A stretch of 64,000 bases of DNA from Bigelowiella natans CCMP2755 (lineage: Eukaryota > Protista > Cercozoa). Shown here piece by piece: positions 38,590 to 59,013 of the stretch (within the stretch, counting starts at the first letter, position 1; the number at the start of each line of letters is the position of its first letter). A model generated the notes under the pieces. It made no database searches. It saw only the letters and a program-made list of their open reading frames with translations, and was not told where the DNA came from. Both the position numbers and the translations under genes were made by a program. The stretch spans positions 20,440 through 84,439 of the forward strand of contig ADNK01001780.1 of NCBI GenBank assembly GCA_000320545.1. The letters run 5' to 3'.

Positions 38590-40637
38590 TCATTGTGATT
38601 CTGTACCTATTATCTGGACACCTAATCTACGTTTTCGCGGTCCATCTGAGTCCACTAAAATGACAGATTGCCAAGATCCTATGGCCAACCTGATGAGAAA
38701 TAATTTCAATATAGTGAGGGATATGCAACTACCCTTCAATTGTGTCCCCTAGCCCTTGCGAAAGTGGCGATTGCGTGTTCATGTACGATTTAAGAAACGG
38801 ACTTTCCATCGACAATAGGGATCGTTTCTGTTGCGCCAACCTGCAGTGAAAAACAACAAACGTTGAGAACTAGTACCAAGAATGTTTCATTTCAAAAACA
38901 AAAAGACGGCACTGAGAGAAACGGTTTTGCACCGCTGATACTGGTGTTGCGGGACAAAACCACGGATCTTTTCCGATGATGCATGATCCCATTACAAGAA
39001 TATACACCAAAGGATCGAGATGTCTTCCTCCGGAGAGATCGCTTCCGCACTATATTGGAATCTTTACTATTTTCGATTATATGGAAGAATGCAGTCGCTT
39101 AACATCTCATACCAGCATAGTCATTAAGTGGGCGTGTGCGTTACGCGGTTCTTGGTCCCTCCATGAATCTATATCCACATCCTCACCAAAGTTATCTATA
39201 TCGAGGGATGAAGAGGAAGCGCTAAGTACGGAAAATTCTTCAAGTAATCCTAACATTCCCCTAATACAGCTACTTCTTTCCGCAACAAGTCATCGGCACC
39301 ACAGGAAAAATGTCAGAGACTTTTTGGCTCATCATGAATCAATTTAAAGACTTTCAACGAATCTGATATTTATGTACCAATTATTGCGTCCATATCGGCT
39401 TGGGAAGCTGGTCGGGCGTGGATGTCGTTGTGAAGATACCTGAAACGCGGGTTGCATTTTCAGAGATACGACAGAATCCGTGTCGAGTACATCTTGTGTC
39501 TTTTCTTTGTATTCTCTCCGGTTTTAAAGTTCATCTGGATCTCCATTCACAGCATTCTTTTGTAATTTGACGTACGGTTGGGAAGCCGGCGCCATTTTCA
39601 TGAGGAAGTGACGAAAGTCTGTGTGCACAGTTGCAAATAATGTCAACGAGGTTATGCACGTGATCAAAATAGACGTAAATAATTACCATCCACTAGTCTG
39701 CTCTCCATTTCATTTATCATTACACCTAGGAACAAGAAATGGATAAAAGTAGGTTTTTATTGCCAAATCGCTGACCAACGCAACAATCCCCGGGAGATGC
39801 AAATAGCAACCTGTGGTCGTGTGCTGTGAAACCAGATTCACCCAACCATCAAGGACCTAAATGTAAAGTTAAAATATGCTCGAAATCATAATATAAGTAT
39901 CCAAAGTAGTGGCTCAAGCTAGAAAACATTCAGTGCGAAAACACAGATAATTGCTGCTCCTCGATTGAAGCTTTTGCAAATAGCTTTTAATACACGATAT
40001 TCCGATGAAAATGTAAATTTGTAATTATAGCCTAGGTTCTCATAGTTTTTTCTCCAAGTCCGAAATCAGGACCACCTTTGACTTCTCCACCAGACCCGTG
40101 AGCTCCTCCGTAACGTCGTGCAGAGAAATGCCTGCAGTATGATAGGGAGTTGACAAACGTATCGTGGCGAGAATCGCCCTAGTTTTATCGCTATGCATAT
40201 AGATACATCACGCCGAAAAAATCAATTTATTCAATCGAGTAGCGTTGTGCTAGAGACCAGGATTCGTATCCACTGAAAGCATCTCAAAAGTGCTGCTCAT
40301 CGCTCCTACTTCCTGGAATAGGATGTGTAGTGTTGAGTCAGTCGAACTGTCATGCTACTGTGTTAAAGCCGAAATGATTTTGCATTATTATTCCCCATAC
40401 AGTAGGCTGGGGCATAGACGAGGACTTCGCACGAACTTCCACGTGCTTTTGGATCTGTCGCAGGCCGCGTGCACGGGCAGGGCGCCACGCAACATAGGTT
40501 TCGGAATGGGCGGTTGAGATGCCTTTCGATGCCGAAACCAATCTACCAGCGCATCGCGTTGCAGGAGGTGCATGGGCTGTCGTTGTGACAACTACAGCAA
40601 ATGGCAGCAGAAAAGCTATTTGTCGGATAGCGGCCAT
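38590..40637 (-). CDS. yjbQ: YjbQ/UPF0047 family protein with a bipartite (signal plus transit-like) leader; multi-exon
   Basis: Leader MAAIRQIAFLLPFAVVVTTTAHA followed by an S/R/A-rich segment. Core: VDTNPG|ISLHDVTEEL...|VLDGWVNLVSQHTTT|GVMINEMESRLVD|DFRHFLMKMAPASQP|YLHNDIHARP...EPRNAHAHLMTML|VGATETIPIVDGK|LAIGSWQSVILVDSDGPRKRRLGVQIIG. TGA at 38590-38592. Confidence 0.92.
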
Positions 40638-40861
40638 TGCCGAGTTGGGGTCGGCCCGTAGAAAGGAAAAAAAGTAATATAAATCAATGGGAATTGTCTT
40701 CTGCGACAACAAAGCGGTTCCAAGATCGTTGCTGCCTTCATGTAAATTTGCATCTGCGGTGAAACACGACCAATTATTCCAATGCGACTTGGAACAGACT
40801 GGAATATAGGCCCAAATATCCCTGTTTTTCGACTTTTTCCTCTTCGAATGATCTTGCTCGA

Positions 40862-41557
40862 ATGAAGAAGAGAAGTCAATTACAGGGACAGCGCTCAAAA
40901 AGAACGACGATGACGATGAGGGGCGGTAAAGCCAAAATGCAGGAGGTGACTTATGAGAGAGAGATATATATAAATATAAGGACTATAAGGAAATATACGC
41001 TTTGTAAACAAAGGGTAGAGTGGGTGCAACATTAAATTTTGGGGGAATGGGACAGAACAGAACAGCAGGCTCTCTTCGATGACATCACTCAATTTTTAGA
41101 CTATGGAGGAAAAGAATGATGAGATGACAGATAAACTTGCCGGGAAGGTTGAGTTACTTCGAAAGGTGAGCTTGATCGTAAATGGAAACTTGAAATATAT
41201 ATTCAAGTTCATTTCATTCAGATCTCAATAAACATTGGCAAGGAGATAGAGGATCAGAACACAGAGCTTGACGGTTTGAACGTAAGCTCGATCAGAACCA
41301 ATAAGTCTTCTGTAAATATCTGATGAATTTTAACTCAGGATAAAAGTGGAAATATTTTGGATTCATTGGGGGGCACTATGAAGGGTTTAATGGTAACTAA
41401 AGTTGTCTTCGAATTAAATCAGGCGTAACAATTTAACTTTGTTCAGGGGCTAGCGATGTCTGGTGGCACTCGGCCTCTGTTAGTTAGATCCGTCTCTATG
41501 TTTGGCATATTTATAGTAATTTATTTCTTCTCGTCAAGATATTCAGCCGCCCCTTGA
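40862..41557 (+). CDS. BET1: Bet1-like Qc-SNARE; multi-exon
   Basis: MEEKNDEMTDKLAGKVELLRK|ISINIGKEIEDQNTELDGLN|DKSGNILDSLGGTMKGLM|GLAMSGG..., then a C-terminal TM segment (VSMFGIFIVIYFF). TGA at 41555-41557. The start could be 40862 or a slightly later ATG. Confidence 0.85.
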
Positions 41558-42402
41558 GTAAACTATGAGTCTTAATGTTCCATGCAGACATGTAACGCGA
41601 TACTAACTAGTATTGAATTCGAGCTCTAAGATTTAAATATTTAATTCATTCTATTACGATTTGCTCCGATTTAAGTTCCAAAAACTTTCAGTGTCTCTGA
41701 GCAGTGTGTTTGAATTTTGCTGAAAATATCAAACTGATGAAGGAGGTGTTCAAATTTGGTATTTCTGCACATTGTAGTGCACCCACGTAGTCTCCTGTAT
41801 CGATATCGCTGTATCTCATCATAGGTGTTCTGTATAGTTTTAGAAGAGGAGTTGGAAAGCATGTAATATAGATACATTGTATCTAATAATAAAACCGAAA
41901 ACAGTGACAATAGCGGCAATGTCTATGTATGATATCTAGATCTACTAGTCTCGCGCGCTGTAGCAGTGCGCGGCGTGAAATACCTTCGTATGGCGCAGGG
42001 CATGGATGTACGCTACTCTCTTGCCGATGTGTTTTAACAATGTGTATCTTGAGTCAGTGCACCGCGTTGGTGTGCTGTAATGCGAGTATGCCATTGTAAC
42101 CCATCCGACAGATTCACCATCTAGAAATGCGTGCGTGCAGCAGGCGTGCGACGGATACGATGCAGCAGCCGCGAGCATATACATAGCTGCCATACATTCC
42201 CACACATGTAGAACCGCATAGCAATGGGCCTATCGTTAAGCTGGTACATTTTTTGATAAATCAACAGATGAAATGAATACGACTATATATACGACGGACT
42301 CATATGTGCAAAGATCTCCAGTTATCCCATGAATAGCCAAGGACTTTGGAAAATATTCTCAATTTATATTATTACACATGTGCTATGACATTAATACTTA
42401 TA

Positions 42403-42447
<45 letters not shown>

Positions 42448-43112
42448 AACAAATACGACGTAAATTTCAATACACGAAAATAGTATTTGCCGAAACGCAT
42501 TCAGACAATCTTAAATTGCTACATCAAAGATTTAATAGGCACAATGTAACATCATAATCAAAGCTCGTCATATCAATAATGTAACAATAAAAACCTTTTA
42601 CGGTGGAGAGAATGTGAGGTCAGGCTTAGGAGATACTTCCCACCCGTCTAGGGAGCGAACGAAGCCATGAAATATTAATCTCCAGGAAACTGCTCTTGTT
42701 ACTCAACTGCTTTCTGCTATCCTTTTTTAATTCATGGAATAAAATTCGTCTTTCTTGTGAAACTCAAAATTCAATATGCGTTGATCATCACAACTCTTAG
42801 CTATTGCGTAATAGCATCCTGCCTAGCTTGTACCGATTTGTACCTTCCTCACTCCTCTTATTTTAGAACCCCACTTTGGTGTTTGTTTAAGATCGCGCGA
42901 GTTTGAGGACCAAAGACAGTTTTTATCCAGCTGTGATGCGTGCCTGGGCAACCTCACTTCTCCCGTACCATTGTAAAAATTCTGCTACTTGGAATCTATA
43001 ACATAAAATACGTTGCCTGAGTTCTGAGCTTGACCTTTTCCCCTAAGAATGGGGTTATCCTTCGGTATGAAGATAAGGTACGGCATGAGCAGGGAGAGGG
43101 GCGGCCAAAACG

Positions 43113-43622
43113 TCAGAAGGAAGAAATCGGATCCAGAGGACAATGATCACTAAAGTGCGTCGCTAAAGGAATTTGGCGTACGAAGAGAGTAAAATCTGAA
43201 TGTGGATCTTCGTGGAACCAAATGGCATAGAGGGGCAAGTACAATATGGTCCACGTGAGCATCACAATGACATAGTTCTTAAAGCCGCCGATAATGGAGC
43301 ACACTCGTGGCACGCACAAGCCCACGAGAAGCATATAGGTAAGTTGTGTGTATGGACCAGCGAAGCCTACGGCAACGCGTTGCCAGTTCGATGCGCTGCC
43401 GATTGCATCCGGGTCATAGTGACACATAAATGCCTCGTGCGGCTGATATTTGTCCCAAATCCAGCCAAACACGGGCACAATCTTCTGCCATGCGAGATTG
43501 ACGCGTGCAGGGATACCGCACAGCGAGGCAACAACGAGATGTGAGCAGACGTGCACGTAACTAGCGCACTGCCATAAATATAGAAAGAGCAGGAGTTGCG
43601 CCATTGTCCCCGTTGATGGCAT
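43113..43622 (-). CDS. Peptidase M50B-like membrane protein with HVxxH in place of HExxH; may have further downstream exons
   Basis: The ORF contains SYVHVCSHLVVA (M50 first-TM motif position), QRVAVGFAGPYTQL (AGP motif), further TM segments and DPHSDF (Asp motif position). The 3' end is uncertain. Confidence 0.55.
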   Translation of the reverse strand: MPSTGTMAQLLLFLYLWQCASYVHVCSHLVVASLCGIPARVNLAWQKIVPVFGWIWDKYQPHEAFMCHYDPDAIGSASNWQRVAVGFAGPYTQLTYMLLVGLCVPRVCSIIGGFKNYVIVMLTWTILYLPLYAIWFHEDPHSDFTLFVRQIPLATHFSDHCPLDPISSF

Positions 43623-43974
43623 CCTGTGAGTCGTGTGTTCAGAGTAGACGGCAGCACATTGTGTGGAAAGCCATATTGGTGGCGATATATCTAAGAGGAC
43701 TCGCCTAGTTCTTCAAGGCAAGCAGGCTAGCTTCTGCTTCGAGCTCAGACCCTGCCAGGCATTGCAACGCTATCGGGATGCAGGAGATTGAGGAAGCTCG
43801 GCAACGTCAATCTGATCTTCAGGGGAATTACAAGGTGCGACAACGTAATAAACGTTATGATCGGGTACCCGCTTGGTACTTCCTATGATATTCTTTGCGA
43901 CAAGCAGCTGGGAATGTCGCAGGAGGAAATCCTCCTTAAAATTATGCTTGTTTTGGGGAAACTCATTTTGCCTC

Positions 43975-52834
<8,860 letters not shown>

Positions 52835-52949
52835 GGTAAAGCGCCACAGCATCGACGGATTGATGCAATACAAAGCATTAAGATACAGCAAAGAGCACAT
52901 ATATAGATGATGATTTAAGTTTGTCTGGTTGTGACCCGTTGCGGTACGT

Positions 52950-53700
52950 TGTGTATTCATCTATGCAAATGCAAAGCTTTGATAGCAATGGTGTGAACTA
53001 ATGAAGCGCATCGCAGCTAGCTAGCTAGTTAGGCATCATCTAGATCATGCAGTCGCACATCTCTAGGTGACAATGGACACATAGTCTAGCTAGCTAGTAG
53101 TGCACACAAGCGTGCTAGCGTGTAACACATGTGATGTACACTGTGCTAGTGTGTCTGCTAGTCTGTGTCGTGGTGCATGTAAGTTCAGACACATAAACCT
53201 AGAAACAGTGCGCGGCTGGATAATGGCTATGTATCGTATATCTAGCAAGCTAGATGGGTCGATCTAATGCAAGCATGCAAAGCCATGTTGCTTGCATGAT
53301 TTGCGCGCCATGCAGGCTACGCTAGCAGGCTAGAAACTAGCTAGCTAGCAGGTAAAAGGGCCACAAGAACGGCCTTACATGTCCTAGCACATTGTTATGT
53401 TGTCCTAGTCCAAGCTAGCTAGCTAGAGTGCCTGCAGCTATTTTGATCGAGATGCAGCAGATCGATCTCGCCGGCATCGTAGCGCCATTCTTATGTTGCT
53501 AGATTGCCGCGTGCTAGCGTGGGACGAGCGTAGCGTACCAGCGATGCACTCGCGTATGTGCAGCAGCACAGTTAGCTACTAGACAGCGCCGTACTACGTA
53601 CGTAGCGTATGTTCAAACGACAATTACAATAGGACTGGCTACCGAGTTGGCTATAATGATATACAGACATCGCCAAACAATGTAAACACACGTGTGTCTG
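52950..53700. other. Convergent intergenic spacer rich in short palindromes
   Basis: Runs such as cagctagctagctagttag, tctagctagctagtag and actacgtacgtagcgt between the GH3 and eIF5B stop codons. Confidence 0.75.
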
Positions 53701-53784
53701 ACAGTCCCCGACAATATTAACTCTGTCCTCTAGAAATCGTCTTGTGAAAAACAGTAATGCTCACGTTCGCAAAGTACATGTGTA

Positions 53785-56700
53785 TTAGTTCGACGCTCCA
53801 TAAATCTCGAAAACCTTTTTCAATTTGACAACCAATTTCCAGTCATCTGGCTGCAAATCACTCCTGAAGTTCTCTTTCAATAGCTTGATGGACTCTCGAG
53901 AGAGCCTGCTCACCATGTTCTGACTAGCGTCGAAGTGGCGTCCAAGTAGGATAACTTGGTTGCCTCTATTTTGTTCGATTTTGATGCACACTTGCTCACC
54001 TTTCTTAGCTTCGTTACGTTCCTTGTGCTCAAACTCAATACTCGTTACTGATCCAATATCAAGAATCGGCTTCTTGTCTGGAATGCAGAGTGGCGTACCT
54101 TTTCGTAAAATACCCTCCATGACCTCAACACCAACGACAATAGGACTCCTCTTATTGAAGATGAACTCGGGAATGATCCGAAGTATACAGGGGAAGACAG
54201 CTCTAGGAGCAGCCTCAGCACGCCTCTTTGCCTTCACATCTTCGAAATACTTGGTTACCATATCAAAGAGATGGTATATAATGTCTGCGGAGAAAATTGT
54301 GACCCCCATTTCGTTTGCCATTTGTTTGGCCTCAGGAGAAGCGGTGACGTCGAATGCTAAGATGACCGCATACTCTTCCCGTCGCTCGAGCATGACTGCA
54401 GCCTTCATAACGTCCTTTTTGTTCACGGGCCCGATAGCGACGCCGGAGACCGGGACCTTCATGTCTTCGAGGAACTGCAAGAGTGCCTCCAAGGATCCTA
54501 ATGTACTCGCCTGCACGTAGACTCCCTGGCCTGAGGGGTCGACCCTGGTCAAAATTGATGCAAGATCCGCCATACTTTCATCCTTCAGCTCCTCGATATC
54601 GTCGTTTTTCCCGCACACGAGCAGTTGCGTTCCTGCCACAGCATGATCCAACCCGTTTGCCGTAATCTTGACACCCATAGCTGCCTTGATCTCCTTATGA
54701 TGAACGTACTCGGATTTGACTCGTATCTCCTTCATGGGCGGAGGAGTAAGTAAGGCCCTTATTGTTGTTACTATTGGTCCTTGTAATCCGCACACAACGA
54801 TGGTATCTCCCTCGTGAAGAACGCCATTGACGAGTACGACATCGATGGTGGTTCCAAGGCCTTCGACCTTCTTCACCTCGAGCACAGTGCACTGAAGGTC
54901 AGTGTAGCTCACCGCGATTTGATCCCGCATAAAGTTTTGTGTCATCTTGACGAGCAACCACAGAAGGTCTGGAATCCCTTCACCTGTATGAGCTGAGGTA
55001 GGAACGAGTGAGGTCCATTCCTTGGGGTTCTTATTCTTGTAATACAGGACCGTGTTGAGCTCAGCTTCCTTCGCAAACTCGGCGATGACCTGGTTTGTAC
55101 GGGTTTCGAATTCCTGCTGGACATGTTTTTTCTGCTGTTTTAAGGAGTCCCGGACTGGACCATTCGGCGTCGATTTCCACTCATAGAGCCGATCGACTTT
55201 GTTGAGGGCAACAACGAATGGGGTACCCCTCTCTTTTAAGAGGCGGATAGATTCCAATGTTTGGGGTTCTAAACCATGCATTAGGTCTACCACCAATATA
55301 GCAATATCGCAGAGATTGGAACCACGAGCACGAAGATTTGTGAAACTCTCGTGACCCGGAGTGTCGATCATGAGAAGGCCAGGCATCTTCGCGTTAAGAG
55401 CTTTGCCTGTGCTTGCAACTAGCTGTGCAGTAGCCTTTTCAATGTTTGTCATAGGGAAATAAGTCGCACCAATTTGCTGTGTGATCCCTCCTGCTTCTCT
55501 ATCCTGAACATTGGTACTTCGCATCTTATCAAGAAGCTTAGTCTTTCCAGTGTCCACATGCCCCAGAATGCAGCAAATCGGGCTTCGAAGCTCGCGGGTG
55601 TCCTTATCTTTCCTGCCTTTCTTCCCCTTTTTGCCTTTCTTGCCCTTCTTACCCTCCTCCTGTCGAAGCTTTTCCTCTGCTGCTTTCTTTTCCGCTTCAG
55701 CCTTCTTTTTCTCCTCTTCGGCTTTTTTCTTGGCTGCCTCTTCCGCCGCCTTCTTAGCCTCTTCTTCCTTTTGCCTCTCCTTCTCGCGTTCTTCCTCAGA
55801 ATCTACATCTGCAGCAGCTTCCCAGTCATCCTCACCATCATCATTAGCATCTGCCTCCCAGTCATCATTGTCATCTGCCTTGGCCTCCTCCTCCTTAGCT
55901 GCAGGTGCGGCTGCTGCTGCTTCCTCTGCGGCAGCCAATTCCTCAGCTTTTCTCCTAGCAGCCTCAGCCTCTTGAATGGCCTGCATCTTTGCAGATACCT
56001 TTTTATTCCCACCTAAAGAAGTGATTTTAGTTATCAATCCCGTTCATTTCTTAAAGCAGTCGTGTCATTGCATATGATGATGTTTACCTCTCCGGCGGCG
56101 GTCGCGGTCACGTCGAGGCCTGTTGTTTGTCTCTTGAGGAACTCCACCAGATTTTTCGAGGCGCTTTCGAGCCAGTTCCAACCGTCGCCTCTCCTCCTTC
56201 TGCTTCTTCGTAAGAATAAGACCTTGTTTTTTCATTTCTAGTCTTTTTCTCTTCTTCTCTTCTTTCTTACGGATCCTTTCTTCCTCCTTACGCCTCTCTT
56301 CTTCCTCGGCCATGCGTTTTTCTTCCTCTTTTCTCCTTTTTTCTTCCTCCACTTTGCGTTTTTCCTCATCTTCCAGGCGCTTGCGTTCCTCAAGCAGTTT
56401 TTGCAATCTCTCTGCCTTCTTCTTAGCTTCTTCCTCATCCTTCAGCCTTTTCAGATACTTTTTCCGGGCTTTTTTGGACATCTTGGATATGTCTACCTCG
56501 CCATCGTCAGGTTCCGCCTTATCAGTTACCTCAGTATCACCTTTCTCAGCTGCCTCTCTTTTAGCTTTTTCGGCTGCCTCTTTTTGCCTCCTCCGCTTGA
56601 GCTGCGCCTTCGTCAATTTCGGTTCGCCTTCTGGTTTAGCTTGAGCAAAAGCAGCAAAAGGGTCGTCATCGTCGTCAGCTTTCTGTTCCTTAGGTACTGA

Positions 56701-57709
56701 CTGATTACCGTTTGATTTCTTTTTCTTTTTCTTTTTCTTTTTAGGCTTGTCGTCAAAATCCATAGCGTCGAAGTCAGGAATTTCAGGTTCCTGCTTCCCC
56801 TCCTCCGCCGCTGCATCGGTCTTGCCTGCATCCCCTTCAGTTGTGACTTCCTCTTCCCCATTTTTGGTAGCTTCCATCATAGCTTTAACTGCTTTGATAA
56901 CTCGCACGGCTTGTCCTAGTTTGATTCCCAAACCTTTGTAATCGTTCTTATCCATCTCATAGAGATCCTCATCATCAAGACCTTCAGCCTCGAGAGTCGC
57001 AATAGTTTTGTCGTCTACCTTGAACTCCGTGGCCTTTTCTCGAAGTTTAGGAAGTTTCACATCTTCTGCAGCGAGCGGAGCTTCCCCTTTCACTGCCCTA
57101 ATCACCCTTGCTGCTTGATCCGAGGAAAGACCCATCCCTTCGAGATCATCTTGCTCCAGATCAGCGACGTCCTCATCAGCAAGGCCCTCATCTTCGAGTT
57201 TCTTAAACGCGTCTGCAGTAATACCATGGGCATATGCCTTAGCCCGGAGATTCTTCAAAGGAGAGGAATCCTCGATCGGATCCCCACGAACTGCGCTCGC
57301 GACACATTTCGCTTGTTGTTCGCTGAGTCCCATTTCCTTAAGGTCATCTTCTCCCAAATCTTCCAGATCCGCATCCTCCAGACCTTCCCCTTCAAGAAGA
57401 GTGAAAGTTTCAGTCTCAATTTTATACGCAGCTGCCTTCGATTTAAGCCCGCCAAGTGGACCGTCTTGCTTCTTCTCTATCTGCTTTTCTTCCTTTTTAG
57501 GCTTAGACTTTTTCTTCTTGCTAGAGACTGGAATTGCAAATTCATCGTCGATAACCGCATTGGCTAATGGGTCGAAGTCGTCGTGGTCGTCTTTCTGAGG
57601 ACGGGAGTTACCCTTTTTCCCTTTTTTCGATCTGTCCAAAAAGCACAATCTCACCTTCTGCATGGCATGGGTATTAGAACTGGTGTTCTTCTTACTTTTT
57701 TTTCGGCAT
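53785..57709 (-). CDS. EIF5B: Eukaryotic translation initiation factor 5B (IF2 homologue), three exons, with three SAM-like repeats in the N-terminal region
   Basis: MPKKK|SKKGKKG start (ATG 57709, intron about 57695-57633) and a second intron at about 56087-56013. G-domain motifs: LRSPICCILGHVDTGKTKLLD, EAGGITQQIGA, DTPGHESFTNLRARGSNLCDIAILVVD, NKVD. Domains II-IV are intact. TAA at 53785-53787. Confidence 0.98.
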
Positions 57710-59013
57710 CTTGTAAAAATGTACGTAGCGGTGGTCTTCTTTTCCTGGTTTCCGGTGGTCTTATTCGTATCAAAATGATCATACACAAATTTGCAAAGTC
57801 GGTTCCTGGTGGACACGCGCTTCCTTTGTCCTCGTTGGCCTTTTAGAACACACAGAATAAATGAGGATTGGGTGTCCTGTCCAAACTCTACATACTCAAG
57901 CATCTCTAACCCTGAATCAAGTACCTCTTTGTTAAAAGATTTGCTTCAATTAATCTTCCCGGGTGGTGAAGTTTGGTGCGAGGGGTGGGTTATGCCAACA
58001 CTAAAGGAGAAAGTTCAGCGCAATATATATTTCACCGTAAAAACAGAGCCATATATGTATTGTTGAACATTAACTGTCCAAGTATTTTTTTGAAAACATT
58101 TGCGAATTCTAAGTCGCAAATTAAATTTAGAGATACCTTTTCGAAATCCATGGAAATAGAAGACTGCAGCTATTCTGGAAGGAAGAACCATCGGGAGAAT
58201 TCCTGGATTTATTCATCAGATTACAAGGTTACACAAAAAACATGATAGGGTTTGTAATATACAATACTCTTAGCTACGGAGACCATTTATATGATGGTTA
58301 CGTGGAGAAATCATCTGATTTTAACATGTTTTGAAAAAGAATCCATCTGAATTAGTCTTTTATTTTATTGCCTGATTTCAGTGGATTTTGATGCAAGTTA
58401 ACTTTTCGGACTATGAGGTTGCAAAAGAAAGGAGGAATCCATCGGACACAGCTTAATCGAATGAATTCGGTCCATGCGACGATGCTTTGATCGCAGAAAT
58501 ACAACATACGCCTCTCTCAATTTCGCCGGACTCAGAAACCAAGCTTATCTTTTCGCCAGCGACATCCACAAATGACACATTTTGCCCCTTCATTTGAATC
58601 CCGGTGTTTTGAGCTAGAAATCACGATTTGCACGTACGTCGTCAATTCCTGATGCTGCTTTATTCATGCTGTGCGTAGTGCCTCCTAAAAATCGAAAGAT
58701 TAGAGGCGCTTTAGACAATTATTACATCGAGAAATATCCTAAAATAATTCGCAAAGTCAATCTGAGTCGACTGAATTTCTCGCTGGTATCGATACCTTCG
58801 AACAACAGCACGACTCTCCAAGGTTCCAAGAATCCAGTGGAGGGAGAGCGCACCGGCACCCACACCAGCCCCTATAGATAGATAACCCCGACGAGCTCCA
58901 TCGATTATCTCCCACCGTCGCCGGAGGAGAACTAGAGCTAGAGATAAACTTGGGGGGAGCGCAGTCCTTGGAGATTGTGCCTGGAACGGGATCCATTTTG
59001 CCCTGATCAGAAG

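Noticed and set aside
41671-41919. 82-aa minus-strand ORF that might be a terminal exon of the M50-like gene
   Set aside because: I could not build an in-phase exon chain linking it, so it is left uncalled.
53960-57598. Long plus-strand ORFs antisense to eIF5B
   Set aside because: They are shadow ORFs caused by the codon bias of the real gene, with no family motifs.
57633-57655. Possible 23-nt nucleomorph-style mini-intron at the eIF5B start
   Set aside because: A better model uses ATG 57709 with a canonical gtaaga donor and a 63-nt intron, giving MPKKKSKKG.
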